Origin: Nitrospinaceae bacterium
GTDB taxonomy: Bacteria; Nitrospinota; Nitrospinia; Nitrospinales; VA-1
Length of the DNA: 64,000 nucleotides
Reading direction: 5' to 3'
Assembly: GCA_046754465.1 (NCBI GenBank)
Contig: JBHHVU010000006.1
Coordinates: 33,116 to 97,115, forward strand
A program made the position numbers and the translations under genes. The notes under the pieces are model-generated. The model was not told where the DNA came from and made no database searches. It saw only the letters and a list, made by a program, of their open reading frames with translations. Each line of letters begins with the position of its first letter. The first letter of the stretch is position 1. Positions 47,908 through 59,799 of this stretch are shown piece by piece.

Positions 47908-48770
47908 GCGCGGGTCCCTTCCTGAAACCACTGGAGCGTGGTTTTTATTCCCTTGGCGAGCGAGATTTCCGGCTTCCATCCGGTCCGGCCGCGGAAGCGC
48001 GAGGAATCGCAACAGTAGGAGGGACTGTCCGGGTCCGTCCTGGGCTCAAACCGGGTATCCACCCGGGTACCGGCCCGGCGCACGTTTTCCACCACCCGCT
48101 TGAGGGAGAAGACCCGGCCGGAACCGATATTATATACCGCCCGGGAGGGTTTCCGCCCGTCGAATCCGGCCAGCAGAAACGCCCGCACCACGTCGTCGAT
48201 ATAAACAAAATCCCTACCCTGGCGGCCGTCCCCGTGAATGGTGACCGGCCGGTGACGGGCCGCCCGGTGGCAAAAGGTGGCGATGACCGAATTGTAATTC
48301 GGCCGGCACCCCGGACCGTACACATTGGCCAGGCGCAGAATCGTGTGGGGGAGTCCCGAGACCCGGATCAAATCCTCCGCCGCCATTTTACTGATACCAT
48401 ACAGGGTTTGCGGTTCCGTTGCACGCGATTCCTTGAACGCCACGTTGGCGCCTCCCGGTTTATAAACCTGGGATGAAGATGCGAACACCACCCGGGTCGC
48501 GGGCGAACCGAACATTTTGATCGCCACCAGGAGATTGAGGGTCCCCAGGATATTCCCGCACAGGATCTCCTCATCGGTTCCCCGGTTGACCCCGGCAAGA
48601 TGATAGATCAGGTCCCTGTCCCTCACAAAGGATTCCAGCTCCCCGGGATGGGGAATGGACCGTTTGTTTTTTCGAGGCTGGGAAATAACGGTGGTATGGG
48701 GGAGCCTTTTGAGAGCGTTCATCAGATGCTTGCCAATGAACCCCGAGGCTCCGGTCACGCCGATACGCAT
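47904..48770 (-). CDS. NAD(P)-dependent sugar reductase resembling the N-terminal domain of CapF/FnlB
   Basis: TGASGFIG, HLAGVNR, YGISK, CRPNYNSVIATFC; start set at ATG 48770. Confidence 0.8.
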   Translation of the reverse strand: MRIGVTGASGFIGKHLMNALKRLPHTTVISQPRKNKRSIPHPGELESFVRDRDLIYHLAGVNRGTDEEILCGNILGTLNLLVAIKMFGSPATRVVFASSSQVYKPGGANVAFKESRATEPQTLYGISKMAAEDLIRVSGLPHTILRLANVYGPGCRPNYNSVIATFCHRAARHRPVTIHGDGRQGRDFVYIDDVVRAFLLAGFDGRKPSRAVYNIGSGRVFSLKRVVENVRRAGTRVDTRFEPRTDPDSPSYCCDSSRFRGRTGWKPEISLAKGIKTTLQWFQEGTRA

Positions 48771-49702
48771 ACGTCCTGCAATTGCTCCCTGAGTTTTAGG
48801 ATTCCGGTGGGGAGGCCGACCCGGGGTTCCCACCCGAGCAGCGAGCGCGCCTTGGAATAATCGCAAAGAAGTTTTTTGATTTCCGACTGGGGATGGTGGT
48901 GTTCCACCCAGCGCAATTGGCTTTCATCCGGGCAGATCATCCGCGCCAGATCGAGGATGGAGATGTCGGTTCCCGAGCCGGCGTTGATCACCTGGCCCGC
49001 GGCCTGGCCGCATCGTGAAGCTTTGTACAGGAAATCGACGCAGTCCTCCACATAGAGGAGGTCGCGGGTCTGGGTGCCGTCTCCGTAAAGGGTCAAACAT
49101 TCGCCCTTCATGGCCTGGCGAACGAAAATCGACACCACCCCGCCCTCCAGGTTGTATTTCTGGTAAGGTCCATAGGTGTTGAAGGGACGGCAGATGACCA
49201 CCGGCAGTCCGTAACTGTAATAATAGGATTGCGCCAGGACTTCGGCGGAGAGTTTCGACGCCGCGTAGGGAGAGGTGGGTTTCAAGGGATGGTCCTCGCC
49301 GATGGGTTTGTGGCTTTCGGCCATATCGTAGACCATGCAGGTGCCCATAAGCATTAGCCGGGTTCCCAGGGCGCGGCATTCTTCCAGAACGTTGTAGGTG
49401 CCGCGGACGTTGGTGGCGTACGCCTTGGCAGGATTCTCCAGGCTTTCGTGGACGTTGATCTGAGCCGCAAGATGATACACGATGTCGGGTTTGCACTCGA
49501 AGAGGGAATGGAGCGCACTCTCATTGAGAATATCCGCGTAAACCACCGCTTTCAGCAGCGGGTGGTTGCGGAATTCCTCGAGATTGCTTTCCTGTCCATT
49601 TTCAAGGTTGTCGATGACCCAGACCTCGATGTTCTCTTCGAGAAGTTTTTTGACCAGCCAGCGTCCGATAAACCCGGCCCCGCCCGTGACGATTGCTCTC
49701 AT
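48755..49702 (-). CDS. NDP-sugar epimerase/dehydratase (extended SDR)
   Basis: TGGAGFIG, HLAA, SPYAASK, RPFNTYGP, GDGTQTRD. Confidence 0.9.
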   Translation of the reverse strand: MRAIVTGGAGFIGRWLVKKLLEENIEVWVIDNLENGQESNLEEFRNHPLLKAVVYADILNESALHSLFECKPDIVYHLAAQINVHESLENPAKAYATNVRGTYNVLEECRALGTRLMLMGTCMVYDMAESHKPIGEDHPLKPTSPYAASKLSAEVLAQSYYYSYGLPVVICRPFNTYGPYQKYNLEGGVVSIFVRQAMKGECLTLYGDGTQTRDLLYVEDCVDFLYKASRCGQAAGQVINAGSGTDISILDLARMICPDESQLRWVEHHHPQSEIKKLLCDYSKARSLLGWEPRVGLPTGILKLREQLQDVCVSA

Positions 49703-50655
49703 AGTAATTTCTTGTACCAGTGAATGGTCCGTTTCAAACCGTCTTCCAGGGAGAATCTGGGTTCCCAGCCGGTTTTTTGATGGATCAGTGAATAATCCGC
49801 TTCCAGCGACATCAAATCCGCCGAGCGTCCGGGTTGATTGCTGATGGGGGATGGGGACCCCGTCAGTTCCTTGATGAGTTCGGCCAATTGTTTGATGGAG
49901 GTTTGGCTGTTGGTGCCGATGTTGAACACCTCGCCGGAAAACCGTTTGTCCGGCGTGATGACGAGCGAATAGGCCCGCACGGCATCCTTGACATATTGGA
50001 AATCCCGGGTCTGCTCCCCGCTGTCGTGGATGGTGAGGGGCCGTTGGGTCAAGGCGTTGAGGATGAATTTGGAAATGACCCCGGCGTGGTTGGAAATGTC
50101 CTGATTCTCTCCAAAGGTGTTAAAATTGCGTATGATCACCACAGGATATTTGTACCACTCGTGCATCGCCTTGCAATGTTTTTCGGCGGCCAGTTTGGTG
50201 ACCGCATAGATACTTCGCGGCAGCATGGGGTGGTTGATGTCCATCGGCGTGTAGATGGGGTTGCCATACACCTCCGGGGAAGAGGCGTACACGATCAACG
50301 GCCAGTTTTTGGTGCGCACCAGGGTCTGCATGAGCAGGAAGGTTCCCCATTCGTTGTTCTTGAAGTATTCGTTGGCTTGTTCCATGGACTCGGGAATGGA
50401 AATGTGGGCGGCCAGGTGAACGATGGCGTCCAGATTCATCCGGTCCAGTTCCTCGATGGTCAGGTCGAAGAATTTTTTCTGGATCAGAGTGAATTTTCTA
50501 TCGAATCCGTTGGACTTGATAAAGGGATCCTTGAGAAAATACTGCCGCGAAAAATCGTCCACCCCGATGATTTGGGAAATATCGGGCCGTTTAACGAGTT
50601 CATCCACCAGGTGGATTCCATACAATCCGGCGGCGCCTGTGATCAATACTCTCAT
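49699..50655 (-). CDS. NDP-sugar epimerase/dehydratase (extended SDR)
   Basis: TGAAGLYG, ASSPEVYG, YAVTK, RNFNTFG, QTRDF. Confidence 0.88.
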   Translation of the reverse strand: MRVLITGAAGLYGIHLVDELVKRPDISQIIGVDDFSRQYFLKDPFIKSNGFDRKFTLIQKKFFDLTIEELDRMNLDAIVHLAAHISIPESMEQANEYFKNNEWGTFLLMQTLVRTKNWPLIVYASSPEVYGNPIYTPMDINHPMLPRSIYAVTKLAAEKHCKAMHEWYKYPVVIIRNFNTFGENQDISNHAGVISKFILNALTQRPLTIHDSGEQTRDFQYVKDAVRAYSLVITPDKRFSGEVFNIGTNSQTSIKQLAELIKELTGSPSPISNQPGRSADLMSLEADYSLIHQKTGWEPRFSLEDGLKRTIHWYKKLL

Positions 50656-50760
50656 GGTCGTTGCACCCGGTTAAATTTTTTGGCGGTTTCGGCTTTTTTC
50701 GATTTCCTGTCTTAATTATTGACGGCAAACCCCGGCTTGACCTTGAGCGTTCTTACGAAT

Positions 50761-51865
<1,105 letters not shown>

Positions 51866-51888
<23 letters not shown>

Positions 51889-52639
51889 TCAGGCTCAGGC
51901 AGGTGACCCCGCCGTCGGCTTTCTGGAATTCACTCATTTCCAGGGCAACCACCTTGAATCCGTGCTCCCGGATTTTATCCTCGAGCCGGGGATATCCCGA
52001 CGGCATCAGGACGGTCCCTCCCAAGGTCAGGCAATTGGCCGCGTAGCTTTCTTCCGGTCTCACCTCAATCCATTCAAAATTTTTGAAGGGGTCCGTTTCC
52101 ACGCTGGAAGGGTCGATGACCAGGAGGTTTCCTCCCAGAAAACTCACACCGCTTTTGAGATGAAGACCGCGTAGCACCCGAACGGGAATGACCGGTCTTC
52201 CCGATAGAGTTGAAAGCGCCTCCAGCGCTTCCCGGTTGGTCCGCCGGGACAGGCCGGCGAAAAGAGCTTCTCCCGTATCCAGAATATCGCCCCCGTCGCA
52301 GGTGACCGGCGGACGCAGGGTTTTGACCGTTCTTAACCCGGAGATTTCTTCAGCTACCGAGGGTGTTTCCCCTCTTCGGCTTTCCTCTTTCATGCGGCAG
52401 ATCACCGCGCAATGGGTAAAAATCACCGCCGTGTCCTCGACAAAAGTCGCGTCGGGGCAGGATTCCAGGGGATCAAGAAACAGAACCCGGACCCCTTCCG
52501 CTTGCAGCGCGTTGGCATAAAGCCGATGCTGGTCCCGGGCCCGTCCGGCATGGATGGAGTCTTTTTGTGGATGCGTGGATAGGGCGCGGACGAAAGATCG
52601 GCCGGGTTCTCTCACAAGTGCGGTTTTGGTTGGCATCAT
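51866..52639 (-). CDS. Dimethylarginine dimethylaminohydrolase / amidinotransferase family
   Basis: PDATFVED, DGGD, SRRTN, LHLKS, DGGVTCLS. Confidence 0.88.
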
Positions 52640-52748
52640 CCAAACGGAGAGGTGGATTTCAAGATCCCCCGGGGGGACGTCCCCGTGGAGACCGGACCGG
52701 TGATCTTGCGGTTACTTTTGGGGTGACGCATTCAAGTGCATTTTCAAT

Positions 52749-53222
52749 TCAATCCACGGTGGGTGTCGTCATGATGCGTGAAAAATAAAGCAGGGGCAGT
52801 TTTTTTCTCGCCCCTTTGATAATTTTCATCGTGGCCTTGTCGGGTTTGAGACGGGGCAGGGTATATTCCGGACGGGCCAGGTACGTGAACCCGTTGACCC
52901 GGGTGAAATCATGTTTGGTCAATCGCAGGACCTTGCGGACGGTTTCCTCTGGCGAGCGATGGATTTCGTCCAATCGTGGCAGAAAACGGTCATCCATTTC
53001 GTACATCACCCCGAAAAGCATTCCCGATTCGCTGGGGGTGGGTTCGATGTTTGCCAGGCCCAGTCCTTCCGGAGTTCCTTCCTCGTGAGGAATTTTGTTG
53101 AAGACCACCCGGTAGGCCGAAAGGGTAACGGAAAAACTGGCTTTGCAATCCAAACCCATTTCCTTGAAATAGCCTTCATTCATTAAGGTGTCGTAGGCAA
53201 AAAAGTGTATTAATTCGGACAT
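52749..53222 (-). CDS. Gamma-glutamylcyclotransferase-fold protein, divergent
   Basis: FFAYDTLM (canonical YFAYGSxM), YRVVFNK, ANIEP, GVMYE. Confidence 0.72.
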   Translation of the reverse strand: MSELIHFFAYDTLMNEGYFKEMGLDCKASFSVTLSAYRVVFNKIPHEEGTPEGLGLANIEPTPSESGMLFGVMYEMDDRFLPRLDEIHRSPEETVRKVLRLTKHDFTRVNGFTYLARPEYTLPRLKPDKATMKIIKGARKKLPLLYFSRIMTTPTVD

Positions 53223-53364
53223 CTACTTCTCCTGGGACTGGAACTTGTCTTTCGGCCGGGCCGAAAGCAGGTTCATTTTAAATTAATCGGGGTTGCGGTA
53301 ATAAGTTGATGGCATTCCGGGATTATGCTAGGATAATCGAAATTTCCACTTCCTTTATCTTCTA

Positions 53365-53392
53365 TTGATATCTGGATCGCAAGAATTATAAA
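53365..53392 (+). promoter_or_regulatory. Possible sigma70 promoter of trxA
   Basis: TTGATA-N16-TATAAA in an AT-rich divergent intergenic region; SD GAGGAG before the ATG. Confidence 0.4.
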
Positions 53393-53521
53393 TCAAGATA
53401 TGGGGTGGTGAAAACCTCCCTTTCCGCAATCGCCAGAGGTTAACCTCAGCTTTAAGTTGCATGGAATCCCGACAACCGGATTAGCTTTCATATTTTAATA
53501 TTTTAACAGAGGAGTGTTTTT

Positions 53522-53872
53522 ATGGCAGCCGGTAAAGTGGTTACCGTTTCCGATGCTGAATTTGAATCATCTGTCCTGAAGAACGGCAAACCGGTCATGG
53601 TTGATTTTTGGGCGGAATGGTGTCAACCGTGCAAAATGCTCGCCCCAACCGTGGAAGAAATTGCCGGAGAATATGAGGATAAAATTCTGGTAGGTAAGCT
53701 GAATGTGGACGATAATCCCTCGACTGCCACGAAGTTCGGCATCCGGGGTATTCCCACCCTTTTGTTTTTCAAGGATGGGAAGGTGGTCCAGCAGCTGGTG
53801 GGTGTGAAATCCAAGGCCGAGATCAAAAAGGTCATAGAAGACAACCTGTTGGCTTCCTCCCAACCCGCGTGA
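53522..53872 (+). CDS. trxA: Thioredoxin
   Basis: VDFWAEWCQPCK, KLNVD, GIPTL. Confidence 0.94.
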   Translation: MAAGKVVTVSDAEFESSVLKNGKPVMVDFWAEWCQPCKMLAPTVEEIAGEYEDKILVGKLNVDDNPSTATKFGIRGIPTLLFFKDGKVVQQLVGVKSKAEIKKVIEDNLLASSQPA

Positions 53873-53926
53873 ATTCAGTTTCTTCCCGAATAAGCCTCTC
53901 TCCCATGTTGGTTTTGATTTCCCGGG

Positions 53927-54009
53927 CCTGACGCCGCGGTTGCGGCTCAGGACCTTCCCGCCCTCCGGGGGCGGGTACCGGGGTTCTCGCCGCGGGCTCC
54001 TGCCCCGGT
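53927..54009. terminator. Three tandem GC-rich hairpins between convergent trxA and bioB
   Basis: CCTGAcGCCGC/GCGGCTCAGG, CCCGCCC/GGGCGGG, ACCGGGG/CCCCGGT. Confidence 0.4.
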
Positions 54010-54057
54010 TTCTGCCCTATATTCCTCCCACGATTAAATGAACGGTCGGAGTCCCGG

Positions 54058-55050
54058 TTAAATCGATTGGTAGACGGGGCGCAGACCCAGACCCTCGATC
54101 ATTTCGATATCGTTTTTCGGGTCCTGACCCTTGGTGGTGAGATAATTGCCCCCCAGGATTCCATTGGCCCCGGCGGCGAACAGCAGTTCCTGGTGGTCAT
54201 TGAGGACCTCTTCCCGGCCCCCGCACACGAACAGATCCATCTCGGGAAGGACCAGGCGCAGGAGGGCGATGGTCCGCAACGCCTCGTAGGGATCCATAAT
54301 TTCCATGTGGTCCAGTCCGGTGCCTTCTATCGGTTTCAGAAAGTTGATGGGGAGAGATTGTGTTCCCAGCCCCCGGATATCGAATGCCAGTTCCACCCGT
54401 TGCGCGTGAGACTCGCCCATCCCGAATATCCCGCCCACGCACACTTTGAGTCCGGCTTCCTTGGCATTTTGGACGGCACGGACTTCATCATCGTAGCTGT
54501 GGGTGGTGACGATTTGCTCGAAATGGCTGGCCGCGGTTTCCAGATTATGGTGGCAGCGGTCCAACCCGGCGGCTCTAAGTTCCCGCAGATGTTCCAGGCT
54601 CATCAAGCCCAGCGAGCAACACACTTCCAGATGGGTTTCCGCCTTGATGCGTTTGATGGCCGCGATGACCCGGTCCAGTTCTTCCCGGTTGTCCAGGGCC
54701 GTCCCGGAGGCGACGATGGAGAACTCGTTGGACCCGAACGCCTCGGCTTCCTTAGCGGCGGCGACGATGGCATCTACATCCATCAACCCATATTCGGGCG
54801 AGTCTGTCTGGAAACGGCTCGATTGCGCGCAAAAAGAACAATCCTCGGCACACCTTCCTGATTTGGCGTTGACGATGGAGCAGATCTTGACGTCGCGGCC
54901 CTTGAATTTTTCCCGGACCCGGAGGGTTCCCTGAAAAAGATAATCCAATTCCTCGCGGGTGAAGATTTCGAGGGTCAGGGCCTGTTCCCGGGATATGCCA
55001 TCTCCCCTCAGGGCGTCATCGATCATGCCGTCAATCAGATCTTTTCTCAT
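54058..55050 (-). CDS. bioB: Biotin synthase
   Basis: NAKSGRCAEDCSFCAQS, HHNLET, PINFL, GNYLTT; start set at ATG 55050. Confidence 0.94.
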   Translation of the reverse strand: MRKDLIDGMIDDALRGDGISREQALTLEIFTREELDYLFQGTLRVREKFKGRDVKICSIVNAKSGRCAEDCSFCAQSSRFQTDSPEYGLMDVDAIVAAAKEAEAFGSNEFSIVASGTALDNREELDRVIAAIKRIKAETHLEVCCSLGLMSLEHLRELRAAGLDRCHHNLETAASHFEQIVTTHSYDDEVRAVQNAKEAGLKVCVGGIFGMGESHAQRVELAFDIRGLGTQSLPINFLKPIEGTGLDHMEIMDPYEALRTIALLRLVLPEMDLFVCGGREEVLNDHQELLFAAGANGILGGNYLTTKGQDPKNDIEMIEGLGLRPVYQSI

Positions 55051-55187
55051 AATTTTCCATCCGCGGAGCGCGCCGTCGGGGGTTCTTAAAAGCAAACGGG
55101 TTTCCAAGTATAGAATGAAATATTAACACACTCGAAAATTAAAAGGCAAAGTGATGAGAGGAATGCAAAAGATTCCCGCGGCCTTCT

Positions 55188-55216
55188 CCCTCAAGGGATT
55201 GCCGGAACCTTGAGGG
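55188..55216 (-). terminator. Hairpin downstream of the yyaL-like gene
   Basis: CCCTCAAGG-N11-CCTTGAGGG just after the stop; no adjacent U-tract. Confidence 0.35.
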
Positions 55217-55236
55217 GAATGGAATATGTTTCCGAT

Positions 55237-57318
55237 TCAGTTATATTTCAACAGGTCCACCAGCTCCCCGGCGGAAGTGACGGGAGCGAGGCAGGTGCCC
55301 TGACGGCACACATAAGCCGTGGCCTTGCCCTGCACGGCGGTGCGGCCCGCCAGGAGAGGGATCTCCCTTGCCGCCCGTTCGATCTCGTCGGTATAGGCAA
55401 AGGCGATGACCGCGTTGGGAAAGAAACCGCGGCGAATCGCTTCCAGCATTTCTCCAGTGGAAGGGTGGTTCCTGGGTCCGGTAACGGCGACTTCCTTTAT
55501 CCCACCGAGATAGAGATGAAGGGCCTGCATCATGAATGAAGAATTCAAGCCGTAATCCATCAACTCCTCGTGGAAGGCCATGAAGATTTTTTCCCCGCTC
55601 TTCGTCAGAGTGGGTTCGGCCAGGTAAGCGGCGAGCCGGAGGAAGGCGAGAGCGGCGTTGCTGTTGCCGGAAGGTTCCACGCCGTCATAACCCGAAATCT
55701 GCCGGACGATCAGGTCTTCCGCGTCCTCGGCGGTTTCATGATAGGCCCCCTCCGAGGAGAATTTTTCCTCCACCTTATTCATCAACTCGCGGGCCGCGCC
55801 AATGTACTTCGGATCATAGGTGGCCTCATAAAGGTCGAGGCAGGCCACGGCGATCGAGGTGTAGTCGAACAGGTAACCCTCATACCGCGCTTCTCCTTCC
55901 CGGTATCTTCGCAGCAATTTGCCTTCCGGACCGCGCAGTTGGGTCAGGATGAAGTCCAGGGCTTTCTCCGCTTTCCGGATGCGGCCGGGGTCTTCCAGCA
56001 CCCGTCCGGTCTTGGCCATGGCGCTGATCATCAATCCGTTCCACGAGGTGAGGATCTTATCGTCCAAAAGCGGGCGGACGCGTTTCTCCCGCGCTTCCAA
56101 GAGAAGAGACCGGGCCCGGCTCAATTCCTCTTTCAGCGTAGCCTCCTGCATGCCCAGTTCCCGCGCCAGCTCCGAAGTGGGCCGGGTGACGTTCAAAATA
56201 TTTTTACCCTCGAAATTCCCGTGGGGGGTCACGTTGAAATAGGGGATGGCGACGCTGGCGGTTTTCCGCCCCAGAATTTTCTCGATTTCCTGCTGGGTCC
56301 AGACATAAAATTTTCCCTCCACCCCTTCGCTGTCCGCGTCTTCCGCGCTGTAGAAAGCCCCTTCCGCCGAGGTCATGTCGCGGTCGATGTATCGCAGAAC
56401 ATCCCGGGCGTAATCAGCGTATTCCGCTTTGCCGGTGACCTGGAACGCTTCGATCAGGGCGGTGGTGAACAGAGCGTTGTCGTAGAGCATTTTCTCGAAA
56501 TGCGGGACGAGCCATTTGTAATCCGTGCTGTAGCGGGAGAGCCCGCCGCCGACCTGGTCGTAGATGCCCCCGTTTTTCATGGCATGGAGTGTGTTTTCCG
56601 TCATGGCCAGACTACGTTCGTGACCGGTGCGGTGGTAGTGCCGCAGCAGCAGCGACAGGCCCATGGACGGGGGAAACTTGTTCTGCTGTTGAAACGCGAA
56701 CCCGTGGTTGAGGGAATCGTAATGGCCGGAGAAGAGTTCTGCCGCCCGGTCTTCGCCGTCAAAACTCAGCGAGTCCAGCGACCCGGTTCTCGGTTCCCGG
56801 GTTGCTCCTTTGCGCAGCGCCTGAACCAACGCCTGGCTTTGTTTTTCCACTTTTTCATGTTCGTTGTGCCAGGTGTTGGCCAGAAATTGCAGAACATCAC
56901 TAAAAGACGGCAAATTGAACCTTCGTTCCGGCGGAAAATAAGTTCCCCCGTAAAACGGAATGCCCTCCGGGGTGACGAACACGTTGAGAGGCCAGCCGCC
57001 CTGTTGTCCCAGGTTTTGCACCGCCTGCATATAGATACCGTCCACATCCGGCCGCTCTTCCCGGTCCACCTTAATGCTGACGAAGTGCTGGTTGAGAACC
57101 GCCGCCAGGTCTGGGCTTTCAAAGGATTCCCGTTCCATCACGTGACACCAGTGGCAAGTGGCGTACCCGATACTGACCAGGAGGGGGATGTTTTTCTCCC
57201 GGGCGATCCGGAACGGCTCTTCACCCCAGGGATACCAGTTCACCGGATTGTGGGCGTGTTGCAGCAGGTACGGACTTTTTTCGCCGATCAGCTTGTTGGT
57301 ATATGCGTGTTTATTCAT
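55237..57318 (-). CDS. YyaL/SSP411-family thioredoxin-domain protein
   Basis: [50 protein letters not shown]. Confidence 0.94.
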   Translation of the reverse strand: MNKHAYTNKLIGEKSPYLLQHAHNPVNWYPWGEEPFRIAREKNIPLLVSIGYATCHWCHVMERESFESPDLAAVLNQHFVSIKVDREERPDVDGIYMQAVQNLGQQGGWPLNVFVTPEGIPFYGGTYFPPERRFNLPSFSDVLQFLANTWHNEHEKVEKQSQALVQALRKGATREPRTGSLDSLSFDGEDRAAELFSGHYDSLNHGFAFQQQNKFPPSMGLSLLLRHYHRTGHERSLAMTENTLHAMKNGGIYDQVGGGLSRYSTDYKWLVPHFEKMLYDNALFTTALIEAFQVTGKAEYADYARDVLRYIDRDMTSAEGAFYSAEDADSEGVEGKFYVWTQQEIEKILGRKTASVAIPYFNVTPHGNFEGKNILNVTRPTSELARELGMQEATLKEELSRARSLLLEAREKRVRPLLDDKILTSWNGLMISAMAKTGRVLEDPGRIRKAEKALDFILTQLRGPEGKLLRRYREGEARYEGYLFDYTSIAVACLDLYEATYDPKYIGAARELMNKVEEKFSSEGAYHETAEDAEDLIVRQISGYDGVEPSGNSNAALAFLRLAAYLAEPTLTKSGEKIFMAFHEELMDYGLNSSFMMQALHLYLGGIKEVAVTGPRNHPSTGEMLEAIRRGFFPNAVIAFAYTDEIERAAREIPLLAGRTAVQGKATAYVCRQGTCLAPVTSAGELVDLLKYN

Positions 57319-57383
57319 GACATCCTTCGGATGGAGCGTGAATGAATGGATTCCGCGGCGGTCCGGGCAACCGGGGGACCTGG

Positions 57384-58661
57384 CTATTGGTAAAGCCCCC
57401 GCAACCGTTCAAAAAAATCGGGAAACGATTTTTCCACACATTGGGGATTTTTGATTTTGATCCCCGGGATTTTTAGTCCGGCCACGGCGAAGCTCATGGC
57501 CATGCGGTGATCGTTATACGTTTCCACCTCCTGGCCGGAATAGTCTCCGGGCTGAATTTTCAAAAAGTCGTCGCCCGGGTCCACCCGAGCGCCGAGCCGG
57601 GAAAGTTCCGTGGCCAGCGCGTGGATGCGGTCGGTTTCCTTGATCCGGAGATTGCCGATCCCGTGGATCACCGTCTCGCCCCGTGCGAACAGGGCGGTCA
57701 CCGCCAGGGTCTGAACCGCGTCGGGCATTGTATTCATATTGATGGTGATTCCCTTCAAAAGGTTTCCCTTGAGGCGGATTTTTTCGCCGGATCGGGTAAC
57801 GCTGCAGCCCATTTGTTCGAGAACCCCTAGAAATCCGGCGTCTCCCTGGACACTTTCCGGGTTGAGGCCGGTGAGGGTCACTTCGCCGCCGGTGACCGCG
57901 GCGGCGGCGAGAAAATAGGACGCGCTCGACCAGTCGCCCTCCACCCGGTACGTCCGGGCGCGGTACCGCTGCCCCGCCGCGACATGAAACTTTCCGTATC
58001 TCTCATTTTTTGCATGAACCCCGAAAGACCGCATGATGTCCAGCGTGATATCGGCATAGGATTTTGATGTCAGTTCACCGAGGATGTGAATGGTGGTATC
58101 GTTTTGAAAATAGGGGGCCGAAAGGAGAAGCGAGGTCAGGTATTGACTGCTCTTGTCGCCCGCCAGGTGGACCTCGCCGCCGGGAACCGGGCCGCCGTGA
58201 ATTTCCAGGGGGGGGCAGCCGTTGTTTTTTTCCGAGACCGCCCGGACGTTCATTTCCCGAAGGCAGCGGAGCAGATCCTCCACCGGTCTTTGCTGCATGC
58301 GGGCATCCCCGGTTAGCCGGGTGACCCCCGGGGCCAGGCAGGCGAATGTCGTGAGGAAGCGCATGGCGGTGCCCGCGTTGCCTACCCGGATCTCCCCGTC
58401 CGGCGCTTCCAGCCGGCCGCCCTTTCCAGAAACGGCGAAAGCCTCCGCTTCCTTGCGCACCGGGATGCCGAACCGGTTCAACGCCTGGCTCATGTATGTC
58501 GTATCGTCACTGAACAGGGGGTGATCGATGCGGCTTTCCCCATCCGCCAGCGCCGCGATCAGAAGGGCGCGGTTGGTGTAGCTTTTGGAAGGCGGAACGT
58601 CCACCGTGGCCGAAAATTTTGAAACTGGCTGGATTTCGATCAAGTGGCGGTTCCCATGCAC
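57384..58661 (-). CDS. aroA: EPSP synthase
   Basis: [37 protein letters not shown]. Confidence 0.96.
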   Translation of the reverse strand: MHGNRHLIEIQPVSKFSATVDVPPSKSYTNRALLIAALADGESRIDHPLFSDDTTYMSQALNRFGIPVRKEAEAFAVSGKGGRLEAPDGEIRVGNAGTAMRFLTTFACLAPGVTRLTGDARMQQRPVEDLLRCLREMNVRAVSEKNNGCPPLEIHGGPVPGGEVHLAGDKSSQYLTSLLLSAPYFQNDTTIHILGELTSKSYADITLDIMRSFGVHAKNERYGKFHVAAGQRYRARTYRVEGDWSSASYFLAAAAVTGGEVTLTGLNPESVQGDAGFLGVLEQMGCSVTRSGEKIRLKGNLLKGITINMNTMPDAVQTLAVTALFARGETVIHGIGNLRIKETDRIHALATELSRLGARVDPGDDFLKIQPGDYSGQEVETYNDHRMAMSFAVAGLKIPGIKIKNPQCVEKSFPDFFERLRGLYQ

Positions 58662-58802
58662 TTGGTTGAATGTTCAGGCAAATCGAAGATATTTAATATA
58701 GCACAATCGGGGGTAAAGGATTCGGACCAGGAAATTAAACTATTTGGGTACATTGATCGCAAATAGTCCAACTATCTGGAACTATATTGGAATTCTTTAA
58801 TT

Positions 58803-59573
58803 TCAAATTATTTTATATTTTCCACGGCCTAGAAAAATTAGATATTTTTTATCTCTTAAGATTTGTAATTGTTGCCGGATCTTTTCCTTTATATTTTTGT
58901 TCCTTGGGTGCTTTGCCTTCAGGAGTCCCCTGAACTCGTAGATTTCATTCAGGGAAAATTCCGTGGCATTTAATTTTTCAATGCAATGAATAAGATCTAA
59001 AAGCCAACCTTTTTCCTTGGAGATATTCCTTTCCCTTAAAAATAAAGTTTTTCCCCAATTTCTAAAAACGGTTTCTTGCGGTTCGATAACCTTGTTTCGC
59101 ACAAAATATATTTTCCCTGTTTGGGGAATCGAATTTAATAAAATGTTGCAGCCAACCCAACCGGAACGATGAGCAAGTTTTGAAAGTGGTTTGCGCTTTT
59201 GAATGATCCCGGGGGTAAAGAAATGTTTCGGGATTACAAAAAAATTAATAACCTGTAATCTCGTCGATTCGTAATTTAACAAAAAAAAATTGGGATTGCG
59301 CATATCCGTTAATCTTGTCACCATGGTTTTGTACGCTCCATCAACTATTTTATTGCCAAAAGTCTGCTTGGAGCTTTTGAGTTCGAAATCCTCTCCACAA
59401 TGGATACAAAAGAAGTCAGCCACCGGTTTGTTGTTTTCGTATTTATTCAGTTTTTTCAGTCCGCAATTAGGACAAAACACTTGGTTATGGACCCAATTTT
59501 CAGATAAAACACGAGCTTTTTGGGAAGAGCTTTTAAAATGGGCGGCTAAATGGGATTTGAACATTAGATCCAT
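58803..59573 (-). CDS. DpnI-like (Dam-replacing family) type IIM restriction endonuclease
   Basis: SQKARVLSENW, CPNCG, NKPVADFFC..C..ELKS, DGAY, GWVGCNI, winged-helix KIRQQLQILRD; strongly AT-rich. Confidence 0.9.
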   Translation of the reverse strand: MDLMFKSHLAAHFKSSSQKARVLSENWVHNQVFCPNCGLKKLNKYENNKPVADFFCIHCGEDFELKSSKQTFGNKIVDGAYKTMVTRLTDMRNPNFFLLNYESTRLQVINFFVIPKHFFTPGIIQKRKPLSKLAHRSGWVGCNILLNSIPQTGKIYFVRNKVIEPQETVFRNWGKTLFLRERNISKEKGWLLDLIHCIEKLNATEFSLNEIYEFRGLLKAKHPRNKNIKEKIRQQLQILRDKKYLIFLGRGKYKII

Positions 59574-59799
59574 TTTTTGATTTATTCAAAGGGAAGAAAA
59601 TCACTAGAAAAAACGGCGGCCAATCGATTCCTGAATTTCATTTATAGCACCTTGAATCCGGGAATTCAATTTCGGGAAAGAGGGCGGTTTCTCTCCTTGC
59701 TTGTTTCTCCATGAGGATTTTGATATGATGAGCCGTCTAAAAAATCCCGTCTTTTGCCAAGCTATTCTCATGAGTTAAAAGGGTTTTTGCCGATCGTTC

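Noticed and set aside
53522..53872. WCQPC instead of WCGPC as a novel thioredoxin
   Set aside because: Within normal variation of thioredoxin active sites
55051..55236. BirA operator upstream of bioB
   Set aside because: No TGTxAAC...GTTxACA palindrome visible
55570..57345. Long antisense ORFs (also 61636-63339, 27679-29052, 2588-3706, 14149-15204, 137-655)
   Set aside because: Shadows of well-supported genes on the opposite strand, expected with GC-rich codon bias; no motifs
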